IMG/VR virus record: IMGVR_UViG_3300045580_000138
Span: 1 to 47,496 of that record
Source of the DNA: a virus
Lineage: Duplodnaviria > Caudoviricetes
Reading direction: 5' to 3' (one strand)
DNA length: 47,496 nt
The first letter of the stretch is position 1; each line of letters opens with the position of its first letter. This document shows, piece after piece, positions 29,873 through 38,931 of this stretch. A program made the translations under genes and the position numbers. The notes under the pieces are model-generated. The model saw only the letters and a program-made list of their open reading frames with translations. It ran no database searches and had not been told where the DNA came from.

Positions 29873-32134
29873 ATGGAAAATAACCAAAAGCCACGGACCC
29901 TTAAGGACCTTGGGTATGGTCAGGAAGTGCCAGACAATGTTGTGGCAGATCAGCCTTTAACAGTTTCTGGTCAGGGGGTTGGGTTTCCTGAAGAAATAGA
30001 AGCCGCACGTAAGTACGCGCAAGAGAAGGCATACAGTGAACAGCCTTGGTCAGATTGGGCTGGCGATGTGGCTTCCAATGTTAAAGATATTGCAACTGGA
30101 TTTTTGCCAACTGCTTTAGGCGGGAAAGGCAATATTGGTATATCTGATATTGCTTCTGGGGCCGCTGAAACGGCAAAAGAAGGTTTTTTGTTCCCCGGAA
30201 AAGCGGCCTCTGGGCAAATTCAATTGTTTGATGAAACTGGACGCCCAACAGAGGAGGCTGTGAAGGGTGGTCTATCAACAGTTGGGTTGTATACTATACC
30301 CCAGTCTATCAAGCCCGTTACTGGTCTCCCTGAAAAGGCGGCTTCAAGGCGTATAAGGTCAGCTATCCAGACTGATATTGAAACTGGAAAGGCGCGCGGG
30401 ATTGACCCTACAACTGGCGGGACACGCAGACCGCAGCCTCTTCCGGGGGCAACACCAGAATACTTAGGAACTCTTTCTGATGAAGGAGTTTTTACATCTG
30501 GCTATGATCTGTCTGGTGGCCCCGCGACAAGAAAGCTTTTGGAGGATGCCGCCTCCAAATCTGAGGAAGCCAGAAGCGCAGCTTTAGACTTGCAGCAAAG
30601 GCAGGCGCTTCGCCGCAATGATAGTGGTATCGCTGTAAGCTCTACAATTGACGAAATTGCCGGGAAAAATCTTTCTGTTGGCGACGAACTTCAAGCCGTA
30701 AAAAAGGCTATCAAGGACACAAATGACCCCAATTACACGGCGGTCATGTCAATTCCTGAAAACTCTCGCATTATGTCTATTGATCTCCAGCGCATAATGC
30801 AAAGCCGCCCTGTATTTAAGAATATTGTTAAAGAGGTTAATCAGGCTTGGGCAAACAAGCAAATGACGCCCCCTCAGTTGCTTGATAGGCGCGGAAACAT
30901 TTCCATTTCTGCTAACGATCTTCCATCGCTTGAATACCTAGACAACGTTTACCGCAAACTGCGCGACGAAACCAATGTTCTATATGAAAATGGAGACACG
31001 ATAAATGCGGATGCGCTTAAAAGCGCAAGAGACGCATTTAGAAATGAATTGGATCGTTTGGCTGCTAGGCTTCCTGACGGTAGCTCTTCGTATAAGATGA
31101 TTAGAGATGAGGCTTCTGAAGTATTTGGCGGAAAGGACGCATTAGAGGCTGGGTATAATTATTTGTCTGTGTCCAATGGACTAAAAGCATCTGAGATTAC
31201 AAACGCAATCAATTCCTATTCTCCTGACCAATTGCGGAGATTTAGGGAAGGCATCCTGTCAAAAGTAAAAGAAGAATCTCTGAAGCCGGTTGGCACAAAC
31301 GCGGGCTTCAACAAGGTTGTTTCTTATTTTGATGGATCAAATCCAGCCATTAGCGACAGGCTGTTTAATGCGCTTGGTGATGAAACATATTACCGCCTAT
31401 CAAATCAAGTAAACATCCAGAATATTGTAAATAGGGCAAAACCATTTGATGTTGCTGCTGAACCTGTAGCCGCAAAGGGGGCAGCCGCTAGTGGTGCTAA
31501 AATTGCTCTTTTAGGTGGCGTTGGTGGCGGCGCTGGTACATATTTAATGCAAAATGCGCCAGCCATCACAAAGTTGATTTCTGCTTCACATCTAACGCCA
31601 GAAACCCTTATTTCTGGGGCTGCCATTGCAGGAACGGCAGGAATTGCCGCGCTTTATAAGGCTGCGGGGATGCTTCACAATAAATTTGAGCGTGCCGTTG
31701 CTAGCAGGATTGTTGACGCATTGGCTAGTCAAGACCCGGCATCTATTGCTGCTCTTAATTCCATCCCACCTAAAACGCTTAATAAATATTTAACGAGGTT
31801 TTCTTATGCCTTGGAGGGGATTGGGACACCTTCAGGTGAGGCATTAAAGGCTTCCTCCATCAGCGGGAAAGGACCGGAAACTCAAGAGGAACAGGGTCCT
31901 AGAAAACCAACAGTTGGTGACATTCTTCAGCTTGATGTTCCGGGGGGTGATTTGCCAACTGGTCAATCGTCTGGTGGCCGCGTGGCGCGCAAGTCTGGTG
32001 GCCGCATCAAGTCCAACCCCATCAGCGCAGAGGTCAAGCGTGTCCGCGCTCTTCTTTCCCAGAAGACGGCTAACATGCTATCCTTGCCTGATGACGCAAT
32101 TGCAACCGCTCTTGATCTTGCAAAGAGGACATAA
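29873..32134 (+). CDS. Large internal/ejection protein
   Basis: Helical; late hydrophobic G/A stretch; C-terminal SSGGRVARKSGGR and IATALDLAK; start taken at MENNQ. Confidence 0.65.
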   Translation: MENNQKPRTLKDLGYGQEVPDNVVADQPLTVSGQGVGFPEEIEAARKYAQEKAYSEQPWSDWAGDVASNVKDIATGFLPTALGGKGNIGISDIASGAAETAKEGFLFPGKAASGQIQLFDETGRPTEEAVKGGLSTVGLYTIPQSIKPVTGLPEKAASRRIRSAIQTDIETGKARGIDPTTGGTRRPQPLPGATPEYLGTLSDEGVFTSGYDLSGGPATRKLLEDAASKSEEARSAALDLQQRQALRRNDSGIAVSSTIDEIAGKNLSVGDELQAVKKAIKDTNDPNYTAVMSIPENSRIMSIDLQRIMQSRPVFKNIVKEVNQAWANKQMTPPQLLDRRGNISISANDLPSLEYLDNVYRKLRDETNVLYENGDTINADALKSARDAFRNELDRLAARLPDGSSSYKMIRDEASEVFGGKDALEAGYNYLSVSNGLKASEITNAINSYSPDQLRRFREGILSKVKEESLKPVGTNAGFNKVVSYFDGSNPAISDRLFNALGDETYYRLSNQVNIQNIVNRAKPFDVAAEPVAAKGAAASGAKIALLGGVGGGAGTYLMQNAPAITKLISASHLTPETLISGAAIAGTAGIAALYKAAGMLHNKFERAVASRIVDALASQDPASIAALNSIPPKTLNKYLTRFSYALEGIGTPSGEALKASSISGKGPETQEEQGPRKPTVGDILQLDVPGGDLPTGQSSGGRVARKSGGRIKSNPISAEVKRVRALLSQKTANMLSLPDDAIATALDLAKRT

Positions 32135-33204
32135 TGGCCACTCCTAATATTGGTCTTGCACAGCCCGTAGTTAACGTTGAGACAAATTGGGGGAACCCGC
32201 TCAACAGTAACTTCACCATTCTTGATAATCTTTTTGCCCCCAACGGTACTGGCACCTCTGTTGGTATCAACGTAGGAACAGGCAGGACCGCTACTCTTGG
32301 CGGCACGATCATTCTTGGTAACAATGATGGCACTGGTTCTGCTACGGGCAACACGATGCGCGGGGCCAACAAGACGGGTGCCAATGTTGTTGGTACGGAC
32401 ACCATTTTTCAGGCGGGCAACGGTACGGGCACAGGCGGGTCCGGGCGGTTTGTGGTCAGGACGGCCCCCGCTGACATTTCCAGCACAACACCCAATACGT
32501 TCCGCGACAATCTCATTGTAAACTCCGCTGGAGCCATTGCAGTCAATAATGGCTCATACGGTAGCGCAAATCAGGTTCTCCTGTCTGGAGGCTCTGGAGC
32601 GGCTTCTACGTGGGGTAACGTTAATGGCGATGTAATCAATTTCGCAGGCCAGTCTCATGGGGATGTCATCTATCGTGGCGTGACGGCTTGGGAACGCCTG
32701 CCTGCTGGTACTGCTGGTCAGGTTCTGCGTACTGCTGGCCCTGCTGCTAATCCTACGTGGGCGTTTGCAGAAAGCATGACGCTTCTGGGCAGCATCTCAA
32801 CCGCCAGCGGAACAACGCAGTCCTTGAGCGCGCTTACGCTGACAACATACAAGAAGCTTATTCTGGTTTGGATTGGCATCACAGGCAACAATACAGCCGC
32901 AGTTTTCAATCTGAACGATGGAACCTCAAACTATAATCTTTTCAGCGGCCCTGTTGCCGGTAGTACGTATTTTGTTAACGGCGAGACGCATATTAACCTA
33001 GAAAATGGCGTTGTCATGAGTTGGGGATACGAGAACTTGTCCACAACTTATGGAATTAGCTTCGCAAACATTACTACACCGGGCGGCAAAATTTCTTTTG
33101 GCCGTACCCGTTACACCACCGCTTCAACAACAGTGACTGTGACCTGTACCGGGACAAGCTCCGCATTTACTGCTGGTTCTGTAAAAGTCTACGGCGTGAG
33201 GTAA
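32134..33204 (+). CDS. Tail fibre-like protein
   Basis: TPN.GL..P...WG..LN.NF.ILD anchor; G..GQVL.S.G repeats; C-terminal G.VKVYGVR. Confidence 0.7.
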   Translation: MATPNIGLAQPVVNVETNWGNPLNSNFTILDNLFAPNGTGTSVGINVGTGRTATLGGTIILGNNDGTGSATGNTMRGANKTGANVVGTDTIFQAGNGTGTGGSGRFVVRTAPADISSTTPNTFRDNLIVNSAGAIAVNNGSYGSANQVLLSGGSGAASTWGNVNGDVINFAGQSHGDVIYRGVTAWERLPAGTAGQVLRTAGPAANPTWAFAESMTLLGSISTASGTTQSLSALTLTTYKKLILVWIGITGNNTAAVFNLNDGTSNYNLFSGPVAGSTYFVNGETHINLENGVVMSWGYENLSTTYGISFANITTPGGKISFGRTRYTTASTTVTVTCTGTSSAFTAGSVKVYGVR

Positions 33205-33561
33205 TCACCTCTCTACAACGCTACCGTCCATCTTCTTTTTCCACTTGGACCCCTTGCTACCCGGCAGGGGGTTCTTGCTTTTCTTGAGGCCCAAATGCTT
33301 TACTTTCACACGCTTGGCCTTGGCTGTACGCCTATGGTCATCACGGGTCTTCTCCCCTGCGCAGGGTAAACAAGTCAGGCGTATATTATCGTCTTCGTCA
33401 GTTCCGCCCAGTTCTAGCGCGCGGACATGCTCATAAATGAAATTGCCCGGTTGTAGGCGGCAACCGCACATCATGCAGAGGCCCTTCTCGCGCTCCCAGA
33501 TTGCCAGCTTGCGGCGTGTCGAGAGATTGCCGCGTGCGGTGGTGCCAACGTCCTCAGCCAT
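33205..33561 (-). CDS. HNH endonuclease family protein
   Basis: CMMC...EHVRALELGGTD..DNI..TCLPC..KT; KWKKKMDG.VV.R tail. Confidence 0.8.
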   Translation of the reverse strand: MAEDVGTTARGNLSTRRKLAIWEREKGLCMMCGCRLQPGNFIYEHVRALELGGTDEDDNIRLTCLPCAGEKTRDDHRRTAKAKRVKVKHLGLKKSKNPLPGSKGSKWKKKMDGSVVER

Positions 33562-34024
33562 GCTTTATCTCCACAAACTCGCTGGTAGGGATAAGATAGC
33601 ACATTGCCATGTAGTCGTTAGGGTCATTCCTGTTCTTCTGGCCGGAAGGGCGTGATGGGTAATCGTTTCGCGTAATCTTGACGTATGCGAAAAAGTCATC
33701 CCACTTAACAACAAGAAGAAAGGGAACGCCAAATTCCTTGGACAGCGCCAAGCCTTCATCTATGTCCTTGGTGGTACACATATACGTGCTATAATCGTCA
33801 ACTTGACAAAATCTGCTTTTGATTTCCATGATGGCTATGAGTTCACCATCTCTGAAGCAGCTATAATCTATAACGGCTTTTTCACCGTTGTCCTTTGCCT
33901 GAAAGTTCCAGAGTTTCTCAAGTTTGGCGCAGATTTTGTTCTGGCGTATTTTGTCGCCAACCCTTTCATACGCTACAAAGGGTCCGTGTTTATCTGAAGT
34001 TCTGGCCTGCTCTGTGATTGGCAT
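33554..34024 (-). CDS. PD-(D/E)XK nuclease-like protein
   Basis: IDY...EIKSR, P.LLVV.W.D; start uncertain. Confidence 0.55.
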   Translation of the reverse strand: MPITEQARTSDKHGPFVAYERVGDKIRQNKICAKLEKLWNFQAKDNGEKAVIDYSCFRDGELIAIMEIKSRFCQVDDYSTYMCTTKDIDEGLALSKEFGVPFLLVVKWDDFFAYVKITRNDYPSRPSGQKNRNDPNDYMAMCYLIPTSEFVEIKHG

Positions 34025-34331
34025 TCTCAGTTCTCCAAGCCTCTAATATAGCATCTGCTTTGTTACGCTCTGCGCGGGCGTACTCATCAGCCTCTACGGC
34101 TTTGACCTCTTCCTCGCAGGCTTCGTGATACAGTTGATGTGCTTCCGCCCATGCCTCGCGTGCTATGGCGGATGATTGATTACTTTCTAGGATTAGCTTG
34201 GCGCGTATACGTTTGCGCTTAAACTCTGCCCTTATGCGGTTAGCGCGGGCCGCTGCAATATGTTCAGAGGAGGTCGCCAGATATTCCAGCGCCTCCCCCA
34301 TCATTTCGTCAGTGACTAACCGCCCGCTCAT
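33990..34331 (-). CDS. Helical hypothetical protein of the recombination module
   Basis: REAWA.A...Y...EAWRT..AN.R. Confidence 0.65.
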   Translation of the reverse strand: MSGRLVTDEMMGEALEYLATSSEHIAAARANRIRAEFKRKRIRAKLILESNQSSAIAREAWAEAHQLYHEACEEEVKAVEADEYARAERNKADAILEAWRTENANHRAGQNFR

Positions 34332-34573
34332 CCTGCCTTGCGCGCGTCATTGAACACAAGGTTCAGGATTACTTCCCCGTCAGCATTTGGGATAGGCAGG
34401 GCAAACAACTTCATGGTGATGTTGTCTGTTTCAGGCTTTGCCCAAGCACGCCCAATCTTGAGCCAATTGGTGCGGCCCTTACGGTCAGTCTTATAGTGCA
34501 TCACATCCCATATGTCGTTATCACGGGATGCAACATCACCATTTTCTGCGGCAGGATTATCAGTGTAAGTCAT
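34328..34573 (-). CDS. Hypothetical protein (small OB-like)
   Basis: T.WLKIG.AW......I...L.ALP; GGAG SD. Confidence 0.65.
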   Translation of the reverse strand: MTYTDNPAAENGDVASRDNDIWDVMHYKTDRKGRTNWLKIGRAWAKPETDNITMKLFALPIPNADGEVILNLVFNDARKAG

Positions 34574-34590
34574 TGTAACTCCAGGCGAAA

Positions 34591-34920
34591 TTAGAAAGGA
34601 ATATCATCTCCCTCAAGGTCTTCCTGAGGGGCTGTTTGCTTCTTTGCTGGTGCAGATTGCTCTGCCTTCTTGCCAAACAAGCTGGACTGCTTCTTGGCAG
34701 GGCGCTCTTCGCTTCCCTTGCGCTCTTCCTTGGGCGTGAAGGCAAGAGACACAAACGGACCCTTGCGCCCCTGCTTTTCCCAACCACTGACCCAATACTC
34801 TACAAGCTCACCGTCAGGCGTCTTGATCGTGCATTGGCCCTTAAAGTCAGGATGGCTGTTCTTTTCCTTCCTGTCGTTCTGATACAGCATACCGCTGTTG
34901 GTGTTATCATACTCAGCCAT
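34591..34920 (-). CDS. Single-stranded DNA-binding-like protein
   Basis: N.RKEK..HPDFKG, SGW.K....G.FVSL; acidic DDIPF C-terminus. Confidence 0.7.
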   Translation of the reverse strand: MAEYDNTNSGMLYQNDRKEKNSHPDFKGQCTIKTPDGELVEYWVSGWEKQGRKGPFVSLAFTPKEERKGSEERPAKKQSSLFGKKAEQSAPAKKQTAPQEDLEGDDIPF

Positions 34921-35596
34921 TGTTCTTCTCCTTTGCGCTCAGTTCCTTGCCGCGTGCGAGGAATGCAGCGTACAAGTCCGCATACTGATCAGTTCCCTTG
35001 ATGATGTTCGCGCTTTCACGATTGATTGTTTCGCTGGCCCACCATTCCTTGAGTTCAGCCACCGTTTCAGCCTTACTGATGGCAATGCGCCCACCTTCTA
35101 GGTAAAACTGAGCAGCAGCCTTGGCGTATTCTTCGCGCGCCTTGTCAGCCTGAGACTGCTCAGGATCATCACCAGTCTCAATCTGGAAGAGCTTGAAGAG
35201 CAGATACTTGTTCGCACCCGTCAGAGCTTTGTAGAGGCCCTTGTCGCCAGTGCCATTCTTGTTGCGGTCATTGCCGCAGCCAGCAGCGACTATGGGGTGG
35301 GGCCACACCGCACCGCTCGTATGCGCCAGCGTGTAATGGACAATCACGCTGGTATTGCCATGCTGATCAATGCTGGACACCTGATTGATGCTGGGGATCA
35401 GCACAAGGCCATGCTTGATCATGGCAGGGCGGATGCGTTCCAGCACATCAGCCTCTGTGGCGTATCTGTAACCGTGGAAGTCATTCTCCCCGGTCTTCTG
35501 CACATATGCAGCTTCCTGCATGACAGCGTGCAGCGCAGTGATGATCTGCGCCTCAGGCGTCAACGGAATTGTAGGGAAGGGGTTTTCTTTAGCCAT
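34913..35596 (-). CDS. erf: ERF-family single-strand annealing recombinase
   Basis: K.G.N.F..YRYA..DV, DKG.YKA.TGA.KY.L.KLF.I.TGDDPE. Confidence 0.85.
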   Translation of the reverse strand: MAKENPFPTIPLTPEAQIITALHAVMQEAAYVQKTGENDFHGYRYATEADVLERIRPAMIKHGLVLIPSINQVSSIDQHGNTSVIVHYTLAHTSGAVWPHPIVAAGCGNDRNKNGTGDKGLYKALTGANKYLLFKLFQIETGDDPEQSQADKAREEYAKAAAQFYLEGGRIAISKAETVAELKEWWASETINRESANIIKGTDQYADLYAAFLARGKELSAKEKNNG

Positions 35597-35598
35597 AA

Positions 35599-36096
35599 TT
35601 ACCTCACTTGAATAGTGGTGCCACCATTAGACAGGGCAGCACCGGGGATGTACGTTCCAGACTTCAGAGCGTTCTTGATAGCGGTTTTGTTAGGTTCCCG
35701 CGTAATCTTACAGAACGCATCAGGTATAGCACTCTCATCTGTAACAATCACCTTCTCTGGCGTGTTAACCACAGAAATCTTGGCTTCAGGCAGGGTCACA
35801 GACTGAAGGCCAGAATTCTCCATTAGGCGTTGCATAAGGGCGCGATAGTATTGTGCGCGGTGAACAAGGCGTGTCTGGCGCTCCCTTAGCTTTCCAATGC
35901 GGGATGACACAGCTTCTGCCAAGTTTTCGTTGTCCTTCATGGCAGACAAAAACTTTTCCATTACCTCATTGAAACGGGTATTACCTTCCAGCGTGTCCTT
36001 CAGAAGCTCTTCGTCTTCTGAAAGCTGCGGGAATACTTCCAGAAGACTTTTCATCTGGCGGATTACATCTTCAGCGGCGATTACAGGATTGATCAT
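35599..36096 (-). CDS. Siphovirus Gp157-family protein
   Basis: DTLEG, V.VTDE..IP..F, EPNKTAIK.ALK.G..IPGA.L. Confidence 0.85.
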   Translation of the reverse strand: MINPVIAAEDVIRQMKSLLEVFPQLSEDEELLKDTLEGNTRFNEVMEKFLSAMKDNENLAEAVSSRIGKLRERQTRLVHRAQYYRALMQRLMENSGLQSVTLPEAKISVVNTPEKVIVTDESAIPDAFCKITREPNKTAIKNALKSGTYIPGAALSNGGTTIQVR

Positions 36097-36171
36097 GCTC
36101 TCCTCATTGCAGAAACAAGGAAGCCATTGTATTCTATTTCTGCTCTGATTTGACGATTTACGGAAAAAGTA

Positions 36172-36723
36172 ATGGTGGAAATCGTTATTTCCCGTCCTCC
36201 TAGCACCAACAGGCTTTGGCGGATGGGGCGGGGCAAGATGTTCAGGTCACCCCAGTACATGGATTGGCTTGATGATTGTTTGTATCTGATACGGAGGCAA
36301 GAGATTGCGCCAATCAAAGGAGCCTATAAACTGGTTGTCTGTGTCAGGCGTCCTGACAAACGCCGCAGGGACATAGACAACTACCTCAAGAGCCTAAGTG
36401 ACCTGTTGCAGAAGGCTGGCGTTGTAGAAGACGATTGCCTTTGTCAGATGTTGCTATGCGCTTGGGTGGATGACGGACCTGATACGTTAATATCTATTTG
36501 TGCAGAGGGAGAAGAGCATGAGCTATCAGAAGCAATTGCAAGAGCATTACAAGGCGGTAAAGGAACGCCTGCGGATGAACGCCCCAAAAGTGTCCGTAGT
36601 AAAGGCAATCCCGCATCTATCAGCGCCGCAGAATACAGAACCCTTGTCTCCAAAGCCGGGGCTGCTGGCGGAAAAAGAAGAAAAGCGCATCGTGTCAGAG
36701 GCGTTGACCGTAACGAGCGGTGA
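36172..36723 (+). CDS. rusA: RusA-family Holliday junction resolvase
   Basis: PPSTN.LW, PDKRRRDIDNYLK...DLL...GVVEDD. Confidence 0.9.
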   Translation: MVEIVISRPPSTNRLWRMGRGKMFRSPQYMDWLDDCLYLIRRQEIAPIKGAYKLVVCVRRPDKRRRDIDNYLKSLSDLLQKAGVVEDDCLCQMLLCAWVDDGPDTLISICAEGEEHELSEAIARALQGGKGTPADERPKSVRSKGNPASISAAEYRTLVSKAGAAGGKRRKAHRVRGVDRNER

Positions 36724-37168
36724 GGAATATGGCCCGTTCATGGGCGGGCGTGATCGCAGACAGGTTGATCGTTTTGCGGATGAACTGAGGTTAAGCCCCA
36801 AAATGCCGCCTATTCCCGGCTTGGTGCTGGATGAGCCGGGTGCAATCAAGTGGCAGCGCGTCTTGCGTGCTGTTGCGGCGCAGCATGGCCTCACGCCTGA
36901 GGAAATCATGAGTACATCGCGCGTCAAGAAGGTTGTCAGGGCGCGTTTCGAGGTTTTCTACCGCCTCCGCATTGATGTTAAGATGACCTACCAGAAGATT
37001 GCGTATCACTTTAACCGTGATCACACATCCATCATGCACGGCGTCTACACTTTGCGTAAGGCATTGCTTGACGAAGCGCGCAGACAGCGCGAAGATGGTG
37101 GTCTTGCCGCTGGAAACCACCTGACAGCGGCGGGCAACTCACCCACTCTGCCGGGGTCCCCAAACTAA
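36518..37168 (+). CDS. DnaA C-terminal (domain IV)-like HTH protein
   Basis: VA..HGLT.EEI....R...VVRAR...Y.L.......IA..F.RDHTSIMHG. Confidence 0.8.
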   Translation: MSYQKQLQEHYKAVKERLRMNAPKVSVVKAIPHLSAPQNTEPLSPKPGLLAEKEEKRIVSEALTVTSGEEYGPFMGGRDRRQVDRFADELRLSPKMPPIPGLVLDEPGAIKWQRVLRAVAAQHGLTPEEIMSTSRVKKVVRARFEVFYRLRIDVKMTYQKIAYHFNRDHTSIMHGVYTLRKALLDEARRQREDGGLAAGNHLTAAGNSPTLPGSPN

Positions 37169-37187
37169 ACCCGGCAGGGTGGTCCCT

Positions 37188-37260
37188 AAAAAGCGAAACG
37201 CCCCGGATTGCCGTCCAGAGCGTTTCAAGAACTGAACCCGGTACGTTCAGTTGTTAATGC
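37188..37260 (-). ncRNA. Candidate OOP-like antisense small RNA upstream of the initiator
   Basis: - strand TTGCCC-17-TATGTT (37295-37267), two hairpins, then CGCTTTTT. Confidence 0.45.
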
Positions 37261-37316
37261 CCTTACAACATATTGGGCATTTGACATCTGGGCAAGCCAA
37301 ATCTTGAGGTATCCAG

Positions 37317-38318
37317 ATGATCAAAGAACTTTTACCCCATGTTTTTAACAAGCCCATTGCATTCCACAGAATACTGGCGGAAGTGGCTGGTTCTGTAAAT
37401 GGGGGCGTTTTTTTGTCTCAGGCCATGTACTGGTCAAACATTAAGACCGCCCAAGATGGCTGGTTTTATAAGACATCTCAGGATTGGGAAGTCGAGACTT
37501 TTCTGTCACGCCGTGAGCAGGAGACAGTACGCCGCCAATTGGTAAGAATTGGCGTTTTGGAGGAGAGGCGTGCTGGTATTCCAGCCAAACTTTACTTCCG
37601 CATTAACGGCGATGTGCTTTTGAAAATGTTAAAAGATATTGCAGATACAAGAATGTCTGAAAACGCCAAACAGGAAGCAACAAAAAGTACATTCAGCCAT
37701 GGCGGAAAAGGTGAATCTATTACAGAGAATACATCAGAGAACACAACAGAGAATAAGAATATATCGTATGATGCGGAGTTCGAGGAGTTTTGGCAGGCGT
37801 ATCCTAAGCGCCCCGGAAACCCCAAGGCACCAGCCGCAGCGAAGTATCGCTATGTGCGTGAGAAGATAAAAATTCCACGTGAAACACTTTTGTCAGCAGT
37901 GAAGGCATATGCGGCATCCCGCGATGGTGAGGAATCAAAGTTTACCGCTCAAGCGGTTACGTGGCTGAACCAGAGGCGTTGGGAAGAGGATTACGAGCCT
38001 GCTGAGGTTCCAACTGCTTCAGACGCTGATCTGGATGCTATTGTGGGCAAGTATCCCGGCGTTGTGTCTGACCGCAATACAGCGAAGCGTGCGCTGGCTG
38101 CGGAAATGGCCAAAGGCATCACGGTGGAGGACATTGTGAAAGCTGCGGAAAAGTTCAGGCTTTACATCAAGCAGATGCAGCAAGCTGGTACGATGATGGC
38201 TGCGCCCATTTTGGAAACGTGGATCAAGTTTAAGTGGCGTGAGATGGATGCCTATTACATTTATCGCAATCCAGTCCAGCGGTATGGCATCCTGAAGCCC
38301 GTCAAGGACAAGAAGTAA
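37317..38318 (+). CDS. Phage replication initiator (lambda O-like wHTH)
   Basis: PIAFH..LA...GSV.G.VFLSQ..YW, GWFYKT..DW..ET.LSR.EQ, G.PAK.YF; FEEFW.AYP; TWLNQ.RWE. Confidence 0.85.
   Translation: MIKELLPHVFNKPIAFHRILAEVAGSVNGGVFLSQAMYWSNIKTAQDGWFYKTSQDWEVETFLSRREQETVRRQLVRIGVLEERRAGIPAKLYFRINGDVLLKMLKDIADTRMSENAKQEATKSTFSHGGKGESITENTSENTTENKNISYDAEFEEFWQAYPKRPGNPKAPAAAKYRYVREKIKIPRETLLSAVKAYAASRDGEESKFTAQAVTWLNQRRWEEDYEPAEVPTASDADLDAIVGKYPGVVSDRNTAKRALAAEMAKGITVEDIVKAAEKFRLYIKQMQQAGTMMAAPILETWIKFKWREMDAYYIYRNPVQRYGILKPVKDKK
37722..37757 (+). repeat. Three 12-bp iteron-like repeats; putative origin
   Basis: ACAGAGAATACA/TCAGAGAACACA/ACAGAGAATAAG in the initiator linker, flanked by A-rich sequence. 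Confidence 0.65.
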
Positions 38319-38363
38319 TCTATTACTGTAGCGTTTAGAGGCAATCAGCAAAGGAGAGTAGCT

Positions 38364-38639
38364 ATGTCGAAAGATCGTTTTACCCGTGGCTGGGATGGTA
38401 GCCGCCGCAAAGTTAAGCGCATGGGAACTTTGTGGGGCGATCCTGAAACTGGCGAGGGTGATGTAAGTCTTAGTCTGGATGGGATGTGCGATGAAGACGC
38501 TCTTCTGCGTCTTGATGTGCTTCAGGACTGGATTGGCCTTCTTCAGCGTGAGTACGATATTACGCTGACGGAATGGGAGCGTGAAGTAAGGCGTCTGGTA
38601 AAGCGCAAGGCAAAAGAAAAAAATGCGCTCAGTAACTGA
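38364..38639 (+). CDS. Hypothetical protein
   Basis: AGGAG SD; LRLDVLQDWIGLL.REY. Confidence 0.7.
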   Translation: MSKDRFTRGWDGSRRKVKRMGTLWGDPETGEGDVSLSLDGMCDEDALLRLDVLQDWIGLLQREYDITLTEWEREVRRLVKRKAKEKNALSN

Positions 38640-38931
38640 AATTCTTAAGGAATTGGGAGTGTCCTTCAGGGGCACTCCTTCTCGCAACTTCAAGACGCTA
38701 TGCCCGCAATGCAGCCATTCCCGCAAGCACAAGGATGATCCTTGCTTGTCAGTGCGGATTGATAGCAAGGGCGTTGGTTTGAGGTGCCACAACTGCGGTT
38801 ATACGGACGGAAGGTATTACGATGACTTTAAGCCAAGCACATCTGGACTGGTTGGAAGGCCGCAACATCAGCGTGGAAGTGGCGACAAATATGGGGCTTT
38901 ACTCAGGCAAGCGCGGTCCCAATGGCGTTGA
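38623..38931 (+). CDS. Stand-alone primase zinc-binding domain
   Basis: CPQCSHSRK...D.CLSV.......CHNCG. Confidence 0.8.
   Translation: MRSVTEILKELGVSFRGTPSRNFKTLCPQCSHSRKHKDDPCLSVRIDSKGVGLRCHNCGYTDGRYYDDFKPSTSGLVGRPQHQRGSGDKYGALLRQARSQWR

Noticed and set aside
36097-36171. Lysogeny switch at the divergence point
   Set aside because: No CI/Cro pair or integrase here; only a short GCAGAAA/TTTCTGC inverted repeat; lifestyle cannot be determined from this window
37281-37310. + strand TTGACA as the initiator promoter
   Set aside because: No credible -10 at 16-18 bp and too close to the start codon
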